From Yuukianura sp. NJ FZ-2021 (Eukaryota): a stretch of 64,000 bases of DNA. The position numbers were made by a program, and so were the translations under genes. A model generated the notes under the pieces. That model saw only the letters and a program-made list of their open reading frames with translations, made no database searches and was not told where the DNA came from. Position 1 is the stretch's first letter; every line of letters begins with the position of its first letter. Below, one piece after another: positions 27,527-40,500 of the stretch. The stretch covers positions 1,612,001-1,676,000 of the forward strand of contig CM102290.1 in the NCBI GenBank assembly GCA_046563655.1, in the 5' to 3' direction.

Positions 27527-29852
27527 TTACATTCTAAATATTGGTCGCTTCGATGGTTGTACCCAAGGATTTAGTTTCATTTGACTAAAAATCCTCAGTG
27601 TTTGACCAATTACCTTCAAAAAAGCGAAAAGTTATAAACAAAAAATATTCGATTTTGAAAATATGAGTGCGTTTGGCACCGGAATTTTGATTTTCGTGTT
27701 ACCGTTCGAGAGTTTTCTGGTAGAATGACGTTGTCAACTACCATGTTGGCTGCTGCATCAAATGCATTCAGAGTACCCGGATCTGAATCTTCAGAATTTT
27801 CATCTCTGATCTCCATGTCACTTACAGAGAGCGAAGCATTGGGCCACATATACGAAAAATTTGGACTGAAAGAAGGTCCGCACTGAAAATTTAAAAAAGT
27901 TCAAAATGTAAACGTTTTTTTTAACAAATCAAAAACGTGGTAGGTCACCAATAGCAAGAGGTCATCCCTATCACATCGGGTGAGCGTTACTGCAATCTTG
28001 GGAACATCAACTGTCGCCACGGCACTGCTCAGCCTTCCTCTGCATTTCACCACTGTGACATCATGGCTGGAGTCTGTTTGTCCTGGAGGGCTGGAATTCT
28101 GTAGAAACAGGATAGGGATTCCACGGCGTTCACACAGATCCAAAAAGTGAGCACCTTTCAGCGCTTCGTCAGAGAGAATAGCGTCTGAGTTTCCAATGAT
28201 TCCAACTATTGAACTAAAAAATAACATAGTTTAATTCAGTAACATCTTGGTATTGACAACTCGTTGTGTTAGACAACTGACCCTTCGATGTATCCAATTC
28301 CAGTGATGAGTCCTGGACCATAGAAGGCCTTGAATTCTTTAAAACGACTCTGGTCCAATAGACCAGCCAGGACGGTGTACAGTTCTGATTTGTTCAAATG
28401 CTGCCGGGAACCAATATCTGCAACAACAAATTTCAACTTTGGCTACATTTCCGAAAATACTTTCATCATATTTTTTCGGTGTTGTGACCTAAAAGCTTAC
28501 AATCCCAAACTGGAGCGTAGTTGGCCGGTTCATAAGAAGGTGTACTTGGAATATTAAAGTTGAGTCCCTCTACGATGTCACGACACATCTCAAAAGCTTC
28601 TTCTTCAGTTCTTGCAAAATAATCGGTACATCCACTAACACTACAAATTGCAACGATAACATTTTCAATCTCAATCAAAATCACATCAATAATTAATGAA
28701 CATATTTTGTACCTTGAGTGTAGAAATGCTCCACCCAGCTCCTCCTCAGTTACAATTTCCTGAACTGCTGCTCGGACCAATGGTGGACCACCAAGAAATA
28801 TTTTCCCAATTCCATCAATTATCACTGCCTCATCGGACATGGTGGGATTGTAGGCTCCACCGGCAGTACAACTGCCACCAACTACAGCAATCTGCGGAAT
28901 TCCTTTGGAGGACATCACGGCCTGATTGTAGAAACTTCTTCCTCCATCAAGAAAGATGAGGGACTGCGAGGAACAAGCAACAATTAAACCAGTTTAATCT
29001 CAACAATCTATCAATCTCAACTTAGTTATTAAAAATATACTGTGACTAACCTGAAGCGGAAGAAAAGCACCACCGGAGTCCGGAATATAAACTGATGGCA
29101 GCCGATTGACCTCTGATATCTCTTGCATTCGCAGTGACTTTTGGACAGAAATAGGAAAATACGTTCCAGCCTTCACCGTTGCATCATTCCCACCGATTAG
29201 ACAGTAGATACCAGCAACACGTCCAATTCCTAGAGAAAATCTCACATTCACGAGTAATTGAATAATTATAGTTAAGTTATCCAATAGCTCAGGAAGTACC
29301 AGAAACCATTCCACCGTTGGGAACGTCTCCATATGGCAACTCGAATCCAGCCAAAGTCCCAAGTTCAAAGAATTCCGTTCCTGGGTCAATCAGCATCTTG
29401 ATCCGATCTCTCACTACAACTTTCTTGTTCTTCTGTACATGTCGTTCTCTACCCTTGTCACCACCTAAAAGATAACACAAAACGTTAAGCACAAGTAGAT
29501 CAACGAATTGAACATTACTTATTTACCCCCATCGTATGACTTGTGTACCAACGTTTTGTATCTTGTCAATATTTGCTCGTAAGCTTGTCGACATTCCACT
29601 GCTGACGGTGAATTGAGCTCTGTATCATCTATGTCCATCGGTCGTATTACTCCTGTTAAGGATCGAACGGGAAACGATTGTTTCAAATTCCATGATAACA
29701 GGCTCTTCGCAGACCCGAATATGCTGGTGTCAATCAATCGATGAAACCTGAAAAACTTACACCAATTATATTCGGTATTCAAATTTCACTTTGTTAAATT
29801 CCAAATTGGCTAAACTGGATAGTGGATACGTGACTTACCGGTTTTGAAGCAT
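27527..29852 (-). CDS. Methylcrotonoyl-CoA carboxylase beta-like carboxyltransferase with a divergent C-terminal half
   Basis: [115 protein letters not shown]; ends PIFRM*. Confidence 0.9.
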
Positions 29853-30345
29853 TGCTGAACTCTGATCGACTGTTCAGTAGTTAGTTCGTGCAGATCTGAT
29901 CCCCCACTGTTCTCGTGTCAATGCCTCAAACCATGTCACTTAGACGTAATCGTCCGATGAATTGAATTGAATCGTCCGATATTCAAGTTCAACTGGCATA
30001 AAAATAATAGCGAAGCGATTGACCAACAACTTGTGACTTGTTTGTGTACAAAAGGGCTACAAAAATATAAACTCTCTCCCTCTCCTCTTCACTGTCCCGT
30101 CTCAAGTCCAAAGTCCCAAGATGATATGGTTCCGCACGGTAAAAGTGACAACATAATTCAATTACTGTTTAAAGTTAACTTGCATCAAAATCCTTCTGAG
30201 ATGATTCATTTTTCTATAACGTTAAACTTTATCTCCTGATAATTGATCATGATCACGCATGAAAGCAGAAGTTTCTATTTCTTAGGAAAGTTCTGGGTCC
30301 AGAACTCCTGGAAGACTTGGCAGTGACTTTATTTGATAGCTTTAC

Positions 30346-32627
30346 CTAATTTTGTAGCGATAGTTTATCGTTAAATGCCCACGAAGATCCTTGAGAGTGA
30401 TCCTTAATGTCAATTCCAAGAACTTTTAAATTGTCTCTATATTCATCACAAGTGGCCATCAGTTCCTTTGTCACGTCCTTATTCACTGGCAGGTCGGAGT
30501 CAGTTTTCTACAATGTCAAAATCGGAGATAGATTAGATTCGATTAGATTAATTCTAATCTTAATGCAAAGAAGTGTCAATCACTTACCTTGATTTTGGTA
30601 AGAGCAATAGAGCGGACAGCACTTCGGAAGTCCAGAGATTGTTTGAGCAAAGATTCTAGGAGTAAATTGGAAGTATCGGCAGAAGAGCCCTTTGCATCTC
30701 CAGCCTGTTTTAGGCCCACCAGAGTATAAAAGTTGCTGACGGTATTCAAAGTAGCTAGGACAAGTGCTAGGTCAATCGAATCGTTCACGTCTGGAACTTC
30801 CATCTTCAAGAAAAAATCAAAAAATAACTTAATTAGTTTCCTGTCCAATTACTAATTTAGTAATTACATAGTAAGGAATGGCGTTTGCACCTCAGTATTG
30901 GAGTAAAATGTTCCAATTAACTCCATTACTGTTAACACTGCAGAAGGCGTATCGAAATTATCAAGCAAAAACGCCTCAATTGAATCTCGTGCTTGGATTA
31001 ACTTTTTCCAGAGCGCAGGTTCGCTACTTCCTGCCTTGAGTCGAATCGGTTTCATTCCAAGCAGGATGGCTTTTGTATCGGAAATGAAGGTGTTGATTTT
31101 ATATAGCAGCGACTTGGCATGTTCTTGTGTCTCTGGATTGTAGTCAACATCTATCGCAAACATGCAGCTATGTTGAACTTGTAACGTAAATCGAAATGAG
31201 CTAGTTTTAGTGTAAAGTGACGATGGTTACCTGTGTGGTACCTCTTCATTAGGCAGAGCATGCGAAGTACGCCTGGAGAATTTTTGGATAAAAACTCTTC
31301 AATTGATACCGTATTTCCGATTGACTTTGACATTTTTACGTCACCATTTAGATGCAAATGGCCTAAAAGTTAATAATAATAAAACTTTAGTTATTTAGTT
31401 GAGAATGGTTGTGATTATTGTTAAGTTACCAGTGTGAATCCAGTGCGATACCCATTTGCTGTACCCGAATTTTGCACAGCATTGGATAGATTCATTTTCG
31501 TGATGGGGAAAAGTGAGATCCATCCCTCCAGAATGTATGTCCAGAAACGGTCCGAAAAAGTGTCTAAACAAAGACCGATTAGAATGCGCGGCCGAACAAT
31601 GACATCTCATTGGTCAATCTATGAAACTTTGACTGCTTACGTAGCCATTACAGAACACTCGATATGCCATCCAGGACGTCCTTTGCCCCACGGTGTTTCC
31701 CAGAATGGTTCGCCCGGTTTTACTCCCTTCCACAGAGCAAAGTCATGTGGATTCCGCTTCATGCTGGCTCTTTTGGATTTTTGCTGGACCTCTTCCGTAT
31801 CTTCCGGAACAGAAGCTTGTCGAAACAGTATTCCGTTGGTGTTTTTAGTAGTATCAAAATAAACAGTTCCTAAGTAAGCACAAAGCAAAGAATAAAGGAA
31901 TGTCTATACCCTTTCCACGTTCAATTCTAGTTTTCTCCCATGTACTTACCGTCAGCTGTAGTGTAAGCAAAATTGGCCGTAAGTAAGTCAGACACAAAAC
32001 TAATTATTTGCGGAATAAATTGAGAAACGCGAGCTTTCACATCCGGGGCTTTGACGTTCATCCTCTCCAGATCTTGGAAAAACTCCAGTTCGTACTTCTG
32101 GCTCAACTGGGTCCATGGTAGATTAGTCTAAAAACAAAATTGATAATTATAAATGTGCCAAATTAACAAATAAGTTATGCCAAAACAATTATTACCAAAC
32201 TTAGGTAAGAATTACCAGCTGCGATCTAGCAATGATTTTGTCATCGATATCTGTAACTCCCATCACTTGTAGCACAGTGTAGCCGGAATGCTCCATTATT
32301 CTTCTCATTATGTCTAACCGAATGTAGGAACTGAAAAACACAAATAATTAGTAAATACAATTAAGTAATCAATTGACACACTGGAGCATACCTGGCGTGT
32401 CCAATGTGTGCTGAGTCATACACAGTTGGACCACAGGCATACCACGTTAGCAGCTTCGGCCGTCTTGAGGTTAAGTTGACCTTTTGACCCTTGGGTGATA
32501 CAGTTTCATCCCAAATTAAAAGTTTCGGATTTCTGTCTTCTAAGCCGGTATTCCCAGAAGTAGAGTAATGTGAACAAGGCCAGTGATGTCTTAGTCTGCC
32601 AAAACGACTCCACCGAAATACGGACAT
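30346..32627 (-). CDS. CARS2: Cysteinyl-tRNA synthetase, mitochondrial type
   Basis: Arg-rich transit-like N-terminus; [18 protein letters not shown] (HIGH); [14 protein letters not shown]...[35 protein letters not shown]. Confidence 0.95.
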
Positions 32628-33480
32628 CTTTCTATATACAATTAATCGATTAAAATCGATTTAAATTTAACTTTATCCTAACAGTTAACGGTTAAAAAGT
32701 CAAATTGTGATTTTGTTTTCTTTGATCAAGATCAAACGATAAACAGGTAAATAAATATAAATTTTTGAGTGTTGGACAAAGAGTTTCTCTACTACCTACG
32801 CGTCACCCTGTTTACACAGTATCGGATATGGGCATCAATTCATAATATAAATTTTATTAGATTTTATTAATTACATAGTCCAAATTAATCCATCTATAAT
32901 ACTATAATACTAATGAGGAATTCATGTGACAGGTAATTCTGGAATTGACTTTTAGTTTTAAACTGATTTGTTTCCTTTCAGATTTTTTCGCATTACGTTA
33001 CGGTTTAGGACTACTTTTCCTTAAAATGTAACTTCCTCATTCACGATAAACCAAAATTTTCCAAAATATTGTTTGTCTTTTTTTCAAAACTGCATAAAAT
33101 CGTCTAACCTTCTAAAGTATTACTTTTGGAAAACAGTAGTTGTAAGCCTAAAAAATAGGAACAAATGGACCATGGGCGAAGCCCTAGCACTCACGCGTAG
33201 CATGCTCTCTATTACTTCCAACTGAAAAAGAAAACATTTCCATGACAACACACTTACACAATTGTTTACACATTTTCCAACTGCTGCTTCCGTTGGTGGC
33301 GGCGGCGGCGGCGTAGCATTTCGGAAAACCCTGAAGCCTCGAGCAGGACGCATCGCCAGCTCTGATCTTTTAACCCAACATTTTTGTAGTTTTCGTTAAT
33401 CAACATTCAATTAGGTCGTCAATTACCGAAACTAAGATCACTTTAACCTTTGACCTCTCAGATAAGCCCGTTGGATCACA

Positions 33481-34675
33481 ATGTACAAAGCCAAGCAGTT
33501 CGTAGCTCCTGAGCCGGACCGAAGCCGAACCGGTGGCCAATGTTATATCTGCAAGAAGATTCTGATCACAAGTCTGGAAGCGAGTTCTGTCATGACGAAA
33601 TCGCTGGTCAGAATTACTCGTGAAGAAAGAGTTCATCGTGACTTCCTGACCAAGTTCATGGCCAAGGACATGCAGTCACGCACTAGTGGCGACATCACGC
33701 TTCTCAATAGAGCTGTTCCGAGGGATCCTGCAGCAGAGGTCATCGCCATGTCATGCGGTCACCTCTACCACCGCCGCTGTTTCAAAGAGTACAGCGACAA
33801 ATACAAAGTGTAAGATATTGACCTTTGACCTTTCAAATCGTTTCTTTGACCTTTGACCTTGACCTTTCAGAGCCAAGCAGCATCGGTTGGTGGAGTGTCC
33901 ACTGTGTCGGAAGACAGTGCTCATTGGAAACGCGGTGACCTTTGACACGCGTCCCTTGGACTGTGGACATGACAAATTGCCAGTTCCAGTCGCCAAGGAA
34001 ATCAAGACTTTACAAAACGAAGGGCTCACGATGCTGTCTGACCTGACCTCCAGTAGACTCAACTGTCACCGTGGACTCAACTTCTACATGGAGCAAATGT
34101 TCCGAATCAAGTAAAAATCTATGAATATCAATTTATGAATAATTTTATATTAATTGACTTCTTGACCTCCCAGAACATTCAAACGAGAGATTCTGGAGTA
34201 CTACGAGCCGTTCTGGTTGAATGACACCAACATTGACAAGCTGCGGGCTCGTCGAGACTCACTCAAAAAAGAAGCCAACGACCGAGAAGTTGACAACATC
34301 AACCGATCCATTCTGTTTCTGTACGTTTTTTTTAACTTTTTTGAAAACTGACCTTTGACCTAAACTTGACCTTTGACCTTTTCAGGTCAAAGTTGGAGCA
34401 TGACAAACGCTTGACCCCAGCAGCTCTAGCATGCCTCCGACGCCTACGTTTGACTCGTGAAGGAGTCGACAGTTTTCGGGCCCTCGTCAAAGCCATTCGG
34501 AAGTTACACGTTGACCCGGTCACGGGTACCCTCAACACACAAGGTTTCATGGGTCAACTCATGACAGTTCTGTGTAAGTTGAAAAAAAAACTTTAAAAAA
34601 AATTTTTTTTTTGGGTTTAATTTTTTTTTTTAAATTTTCTTAGCAACTGGATTCAAGTCTCCAGTAGAACCTTGA
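33481..34675 (+). CDS. RING-H2 finger protein, otherwise unrecognised (about 5 coding exons)
   Basis: CYIC-x67-CGHLYHRRC...|...VECPLCRK across a GT-AG intron; in-frame downstream exons with canonical splice sites; start and stop inferred. Confidence 0.75.
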
Positions 34676-35300
34676 ATGAAAACGCAAACCCTCACTTCAT
34701 AATCTTCATCATTTCCAAAACACAATTGAAAATAAGCTGTCAAAATTTCATTTGTTTTTGAGTCTCTTTACGTTTCGAATCCAAAAGTCAAAATTTTTAC
34801 ATAGAAACAGAAAGTCTCTCTTCTGAATATTTTACTAAGCATATGTAAAGAATATAAAAGCTAACCGTTGTTGTTATGTTTACCGATTCCCTGAATTTTA
34901 TGAACGGTCTCTTACGCACGGTCCACTTTGGATATGGGAGTTTTGAACACAAAGATCGTAGTCAAGCATGATCTAAAAATAACCAAAAGCCACTGTCCAG
35001 AAATTATAAGGTTCATCAGTTTCCGTCCATTAGTGGCCGTACATAAGTGTCTGGTTACGATGTGCCCTATGCTATGACGTGTCTTTTCTTCCTGGAAGAT
35101 TATGTTGTCATCCTGTCTTTGTATCATTCAACCGCCAACTTGACTCTGATTCTCCTTTCTCCTTCCAAAATCTCTTTTGATTTCAATTTCTAAACTTTTG
35201 TGTGTTTCTGGACGCTTTTCCAAGAACTTTCTCTCAGAAGTGAAACACAGTCGAAAGTTCCAGCTCACCCGTGGACGGTCTACTTAACTTCAGCACGGCC

Positions 35301-36972
35301 CAAGGTGGATAAACAAAGAAATACTTTTTCTTTAACAGGTTAGGCAATAACTCGAGTTTTAAGTTTTTTTGCGAAATATTTTCGAATCTGAATTCACCTT
35401 GTTTCAATTGCAGTTGGTATGGCAAACGGAATTGAAAAATTCAGAGAGATGGATTTTGAATTGGCAAACTCCAAGGTAATGTACAGAGGGTGGGGCCACT
35501 TTATTTGGACACTTTTCGAATTAGAATTTAACTAAGCAATTGTCACCGATGGATTTGGGATGTAGCCTCTACATATAGCCCATTGACCTTAGTAACCAAC
35601 CGCAACCTCATTTTACCCTCAACAAACATCCTTGCGACCTTTTCCGGGGTCACACGATTCCACCCTTCATTTAAAAGTTTCCAGACCCCGTCGATGGTAT
35701 GCTTCCGACGTCGGAATAGGCGCTGTTTAAGTGTCCCAAACCCGTAAAAGTCCATGGGGCCAATGTCTGGGCCTTTGACATGGATGAGGGCCTTTGGCAA
35801 AATACTTTCGCGGAGTGTGACCTTGAGGTCAGCTGCATAGCCTTGACCTTTCCTTGATGTGTGTGATGAAGCTTTATCGTGGTGAACAATGACCTTGTTG
35901 ACCTCGTTTACGTAATTTTCAGGCACGTACACCTCCACCAAAGGCTTCAGAACGTGCTCAATGTAGAGTTCAGCGTTGACCTTGACATTTGGGGGGGACT
36001 TTGATGAGGGGTAATACGCCCTTCCCGCACATTGCTCAAACTATTTCTCAAAACTTTTTTTCCTATGGAAATCCAGCTATGAGGTCTCCTGTTCTTTTGG
36101 GGTAAAATTGCGGTTTGCGACGAATGCCACCAGTGTTTTTGCCAGTTTCTCGAATTTTACCTTTTCAATTAATTATATTACCGATTGGAGACGCGTTGAC
36201 ACTGTGACCTTTGACCCTGAGCCTTTTTTGAACTACCCTGAGCCTTAAACCTTCACTGGAAACTTTTTTTTGATAGTGTTAATTTCAAAATTCAATATCT
36301 TTGGCATTTTTCTGCCGATTTGTATGAAATTCGCGCCACATGTTCCCAACAACATTATGAATAACTGGTTAAAATTTTAAGACTGTAGGAATTACAGGAC
36401 AATAGTAATCAGACTTCAAAGTTGTCTAAATAAAGTGGCCCCACTATGCGTGTGTATTTATGTTTAGTTACCTTGGCAAACTCAAAGTAGAAAAGGAGTA
36501 AAAGGTAGGGGGGAAAAAAGTGGAAAAAATTAGAGAGTTGTCAGGGCGATTTTCGACGTGTTTCTCTAAACTAATTCTCTGGTCTAAGAAAAATTAAAAT
36601 TCTTTGGAAAAAATTGTTTGACTCCAAGGTAAATAGAATACTCCTAATAATGTAAATAAACCGTTTATTTACAATGAAAAAGAATTTCGGCAATTTTTTT
36701 CCCCTCGACGACGTCATTTCTACCGTGAGTTTTTTAATGTTCAACTTGTGTTTTCTCTGTTTCCGTGTTAACGTCTTCATTGAAAACTTTTTCGTACAAC
36801 AGAAATCCTAAAAAACTCACTGTATTCCCCACGATGACGTCACGGATTTTAATTTACTTTTTTGTTGCCATTGGATACCGCCCCTAGCTGGTTTGACTCC
36901 AGAATTTTCGAAAAACAGGACTTATTGCCTAACCTGTTAGAGGAAAACTATTTCGTTGCTACAGCAACCTTT
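35301..36972. mobile_element. CAAGG-family MITE split by nested insertions
   Basis: 35301-35460 and 36890-36972 match the two halves of the intact copy at 48380-48664; flanks GCACGGCC / CCACGGTC. Confidence 0.85.
35484..36454 (-). mobile_element. Internally deleted IS630-Tc1-mariner element with a DD41D-type transposase remnant
   Basis: TA-flanked TIRs CAGAGGGTGGGGCCACTTTATTTGGACA / TGTCTAAATAAAGTGGCCCCAC; ORF 35941-35543 has HHDKASSHT...GPDIGPMDF with 41 residues between the last two catalytic Asp; broken upstream. Confidence 0.88.
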
Positions 36973-37544
36973 TCCACGGTCTAGCCTCAACTTGGACGAT
37001 AACTTAAGGACTCCGCTACTTTATTAAACACGCAGAACATAACGTAAAACGGTCTAAGACTATCAAAAAATGACCGTTCATTAAGAGGCCGTACGTAAGT
37101 CGCCGTCCAGAAACGCCGGTTTACTGAGAAAACTTTGTGGTAAGAGCCCTTTGTAATGCCAAAGTCGGAACTTTTCGGTACCCTCGGGGGGCCTTCAACG
37201 AAACAAAACGGAAATGAGGTTTCACCTCAAAAAAATTTGGTTTTTGACAACGAAAGTTTTTCATGTTGAAAGTTGAAAGCTCCCCGCCTCGTCTGCGTCG
37301 GCGTCCTTGTCACTTTGGAAGCCAAGTGAAAGTGGTCCAGAGCGGCGGGCGCTTGAAAGAGAAAGTTCCAAGTCCAATTCTTCCAGATTTGTCTTTTCAC
37401 GAACCAACATTGAGTGGAGGTCTAGGAGCATGGAAAACCTGTCCATGTCAATTTTGAAGTTTCCCAAAAGAGGTCAATGACCCCGTGACCCTTAGCCTTG
37501 ACCTTTTGTTTTAAACTTAAGTTCATAAGTTAAAAAGAAAAATC

Positions 37545-40500
37545 ATGGTGAAACGAAACCAACTTGTTCAAGCCGTTCTCACACTTTGGACTTTGGCTTC
37601 AACTATTACTTTCCCAAGGTCAGCTCAAACTTTTTTTCATTTTGTTTTAAACTTTCAAAATCTAAAAACTTTGAAATCCAATTTTCTTAAAAATGACATA
37701 AATCCTCACATTGACTTTCTCTTTTCAGTGTCAGTTCCAAAGGTTCAACGTCAGAAAAACTTGAAAACGTTACACAAACTATCACGCGATTGCTTCTGGG
37801 ATATGACATCCGACTTCGTCCAAATTTTGGGGGTAAAGTTTTTAAAACAAAATCAAAATTTTGAATTCTTAATTAAAATTGAATTGAATTTCTAAAATCT
37901 TAAGATCACTTTTTGGGGTTAGAGTATATGAAGATATTTATTCTGAAATACACACACAACAGTAAAAACTTTTTGCTTTGTAAATACATTTGGTGTATTT
38001 TTTGTGACTTTTGCTTTATAAAATTTTGAGTTTAAAACTTTTTTTTCTTCAAAAAAGTTTTTGAAAGTAATTTGTGAGCACGAGGAGAAAGTGATTGAAG
38101 TGAGGGAGTCCAGTAGATTCCGCACTTCCTGGGCTTCGTCCCTCCATCGATCCATGGACCTCCTTCTGGGACAGAGATTAGTCACAAGAAACTGAATGTA
38201 AAAAAGTGAGAGTGAAAGTGAATGTAGAAATAGGGTTAGAGTGAATGTATTTCGTGAAAGTGAATGCAAAAGAAAGTGAAAGTGGAGGGCCCTTACAGGA
38301 TATTAACGTGTTCCAGGGTCCTCCCACTACCTAAACAGTGGAAACACGCAAACAAAGAACATTAGGAACTAAAAGATAGCCATTGTCTTCCTTCTTTTGG
38401 AAGTTCAAAAAGAAGGCGCCAATTTTAGAAAACAGTTTGCGTATCTAGGAAAACACACTTTCGCACTTTCTATGGCTCAGAGAAAACTCCACAGTTGCAT
38501 AATTGATCCAAATTAATTTTTAATTCCGTTTCAGGTGATCCGCTCTACGTTGGAATGGACTTGACCATTGCCAGTTTCGATCACATTTCAGAAGTTAATA
38601 TGGTAAAATACCAAATTTTGCAGATCAGATCTGTTTTTAAAAAAGTTGCAAATTAGTTTGAACATTTTGAAAAAAAGTAAGCGGAGAATCAGAAAAGTAA
38701 AAAAGTAAAAAAAATAAATAAATAATGATAGATGCTTTTTTTTTTACTCGTTTGTTGTTAATTTTTGGTTTTTATTTAAATTCTCGAAACAACGGGAATC
38801 AAAATTTGAAAAACACGTTTTTTTCTTTAAGTTTTTGAAGTTTGAATTTTTTGTGTTTTTGATTTCTGAAATTGTTAGGATTACACAATCACGATGTACC
38901 TCAATCAGTACTGGAAAGATGATCGACTTGCCTTCTCTTCCAATGACGAAGTGCTCACGCTTTCTGGGGACTTTGCAGAAAAAATATGGGTGCCAGATAC
39001 GTTTTTTGCAAATGACAAAAATAGGTACGTTTTCAAAAAAAATGTTTGAAAAGTACCGTGAATGCTCTAATAAGGGCCCCATGTGCTTAATTTCCAGTTT
39101 CCTTCATGATGTGACTGAAAAGAACAAAATGGTTAGACTCTATGGTGATGGAAGTATTACCTATGGAATGCGATTTACAACGACGCTCGCCTGTATGGTA
39201 AGTAAACCAACTTCAAAAAATCAAAGGTTAAAGGTCATTGACTTTTTTTTGAAAAACTTTGGAAATTTTGAAAATTTGACCTCAAATATCATCATTACAG
39301 TAACAACCTTCATTTGTTTCAGATGGACTTACACTACTACCCTTTAGGTAAAACCCGTCTTTTCAAGTTTTCAGTTTTTAATTTTGAAAGAAGTTATTTT
39401 TTTCAAGGTTTCAAAATTCTGTATAATTTATATACTTTGTTAAATTCTTGCAGATAGTCAAAATTGTACAGTGGAAATTGAAAGTTGTAAGTAAAAAAAA
39501 TACAGAAACCAAGGTTTCTTGACAACGAAAAACGAATTTTCTTTAACAGGTTGAGTACTTCACAAAGAAAATGAAAAATAAATGTGTACCAATTCGTATG
39601 TAAAATTTAAAAAATTTGTCTGTATTGTTATGACTACGATACCATGAAATGAACGACAATCTTTTTTTGCAAAATCAAAAAAAAAAAGAACATGAGGTAT
39701 TATTCAACCTGTTAAAGAAAATCAGTCCACAAACCTTGGACAGAAACAGTATGGGTCGGATGGAAAAACTCCCAAACGCTTGACTTTGACGTTTGACCTG
39801 GCAGATGGGTACACTGTAACGGACGTTGTGATGTACTGGAAAGACAAGCCAGTGATGGGCGTGAACGATGCTGACCTTCCGCAGTTTACGATTGTTGACT
39901 ACGAAACTAACGACCGAACAGAAAACCTGGCCACTGGAATCTACCAACGCCTGTCCCTGTCTTTCAAACTGCAGCGGAACATCGGCTACTTCATCTTCCA
40001 AACGTACTTACCTTCCATACTCATCGTCATGCTCTCATGGGTCTCATTTTGGTAACTTTTTCAAAAAATTTCAAAATTTTAGTTTCTAAAAAAATTCTGT
40101 CTTTGTCTAGGATCAATCATGAGGCGACAAGTGCTCGCGTAGCTCTTGGAATCACAACAGTCCTGACTATGACAACGATTAGTACAGGTGTTAGGTCATC
40201 TCTTCCTAGAATATCATATGTGAGTCATTCATAGCATTAGTAGGCTCTACGAGGTCAATGACCTTTGACCTTTCATTTCTTTCCAGGTCAAGGCCATTGA
40301 CATTTACTTGGTGATGTGCTTTGTCTTTGTTTTTGCGGCGTTACTTGAGTATGCTGCTGTTAACGTAAGTGAACCTTTCGAGATTTTTAAATTTTCAATT
40401 CCAAAATTTCGAAATCTTTTGAAATTTCGAAATTACAATTCTTGAAATTTCAAATTTTCCAGTATACATATTGGGGAGCTCGAGCCAAGAAAAAAATAAA

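Noticed and set aside
27527..32627. MCCB-like and CARS2 genes as bacterial horizontal transfers or an operon
   Set aside because: Both are intron-rich with transit-peptide-like N-termini and resemble standard eukaryotic mitochondrial enzymes
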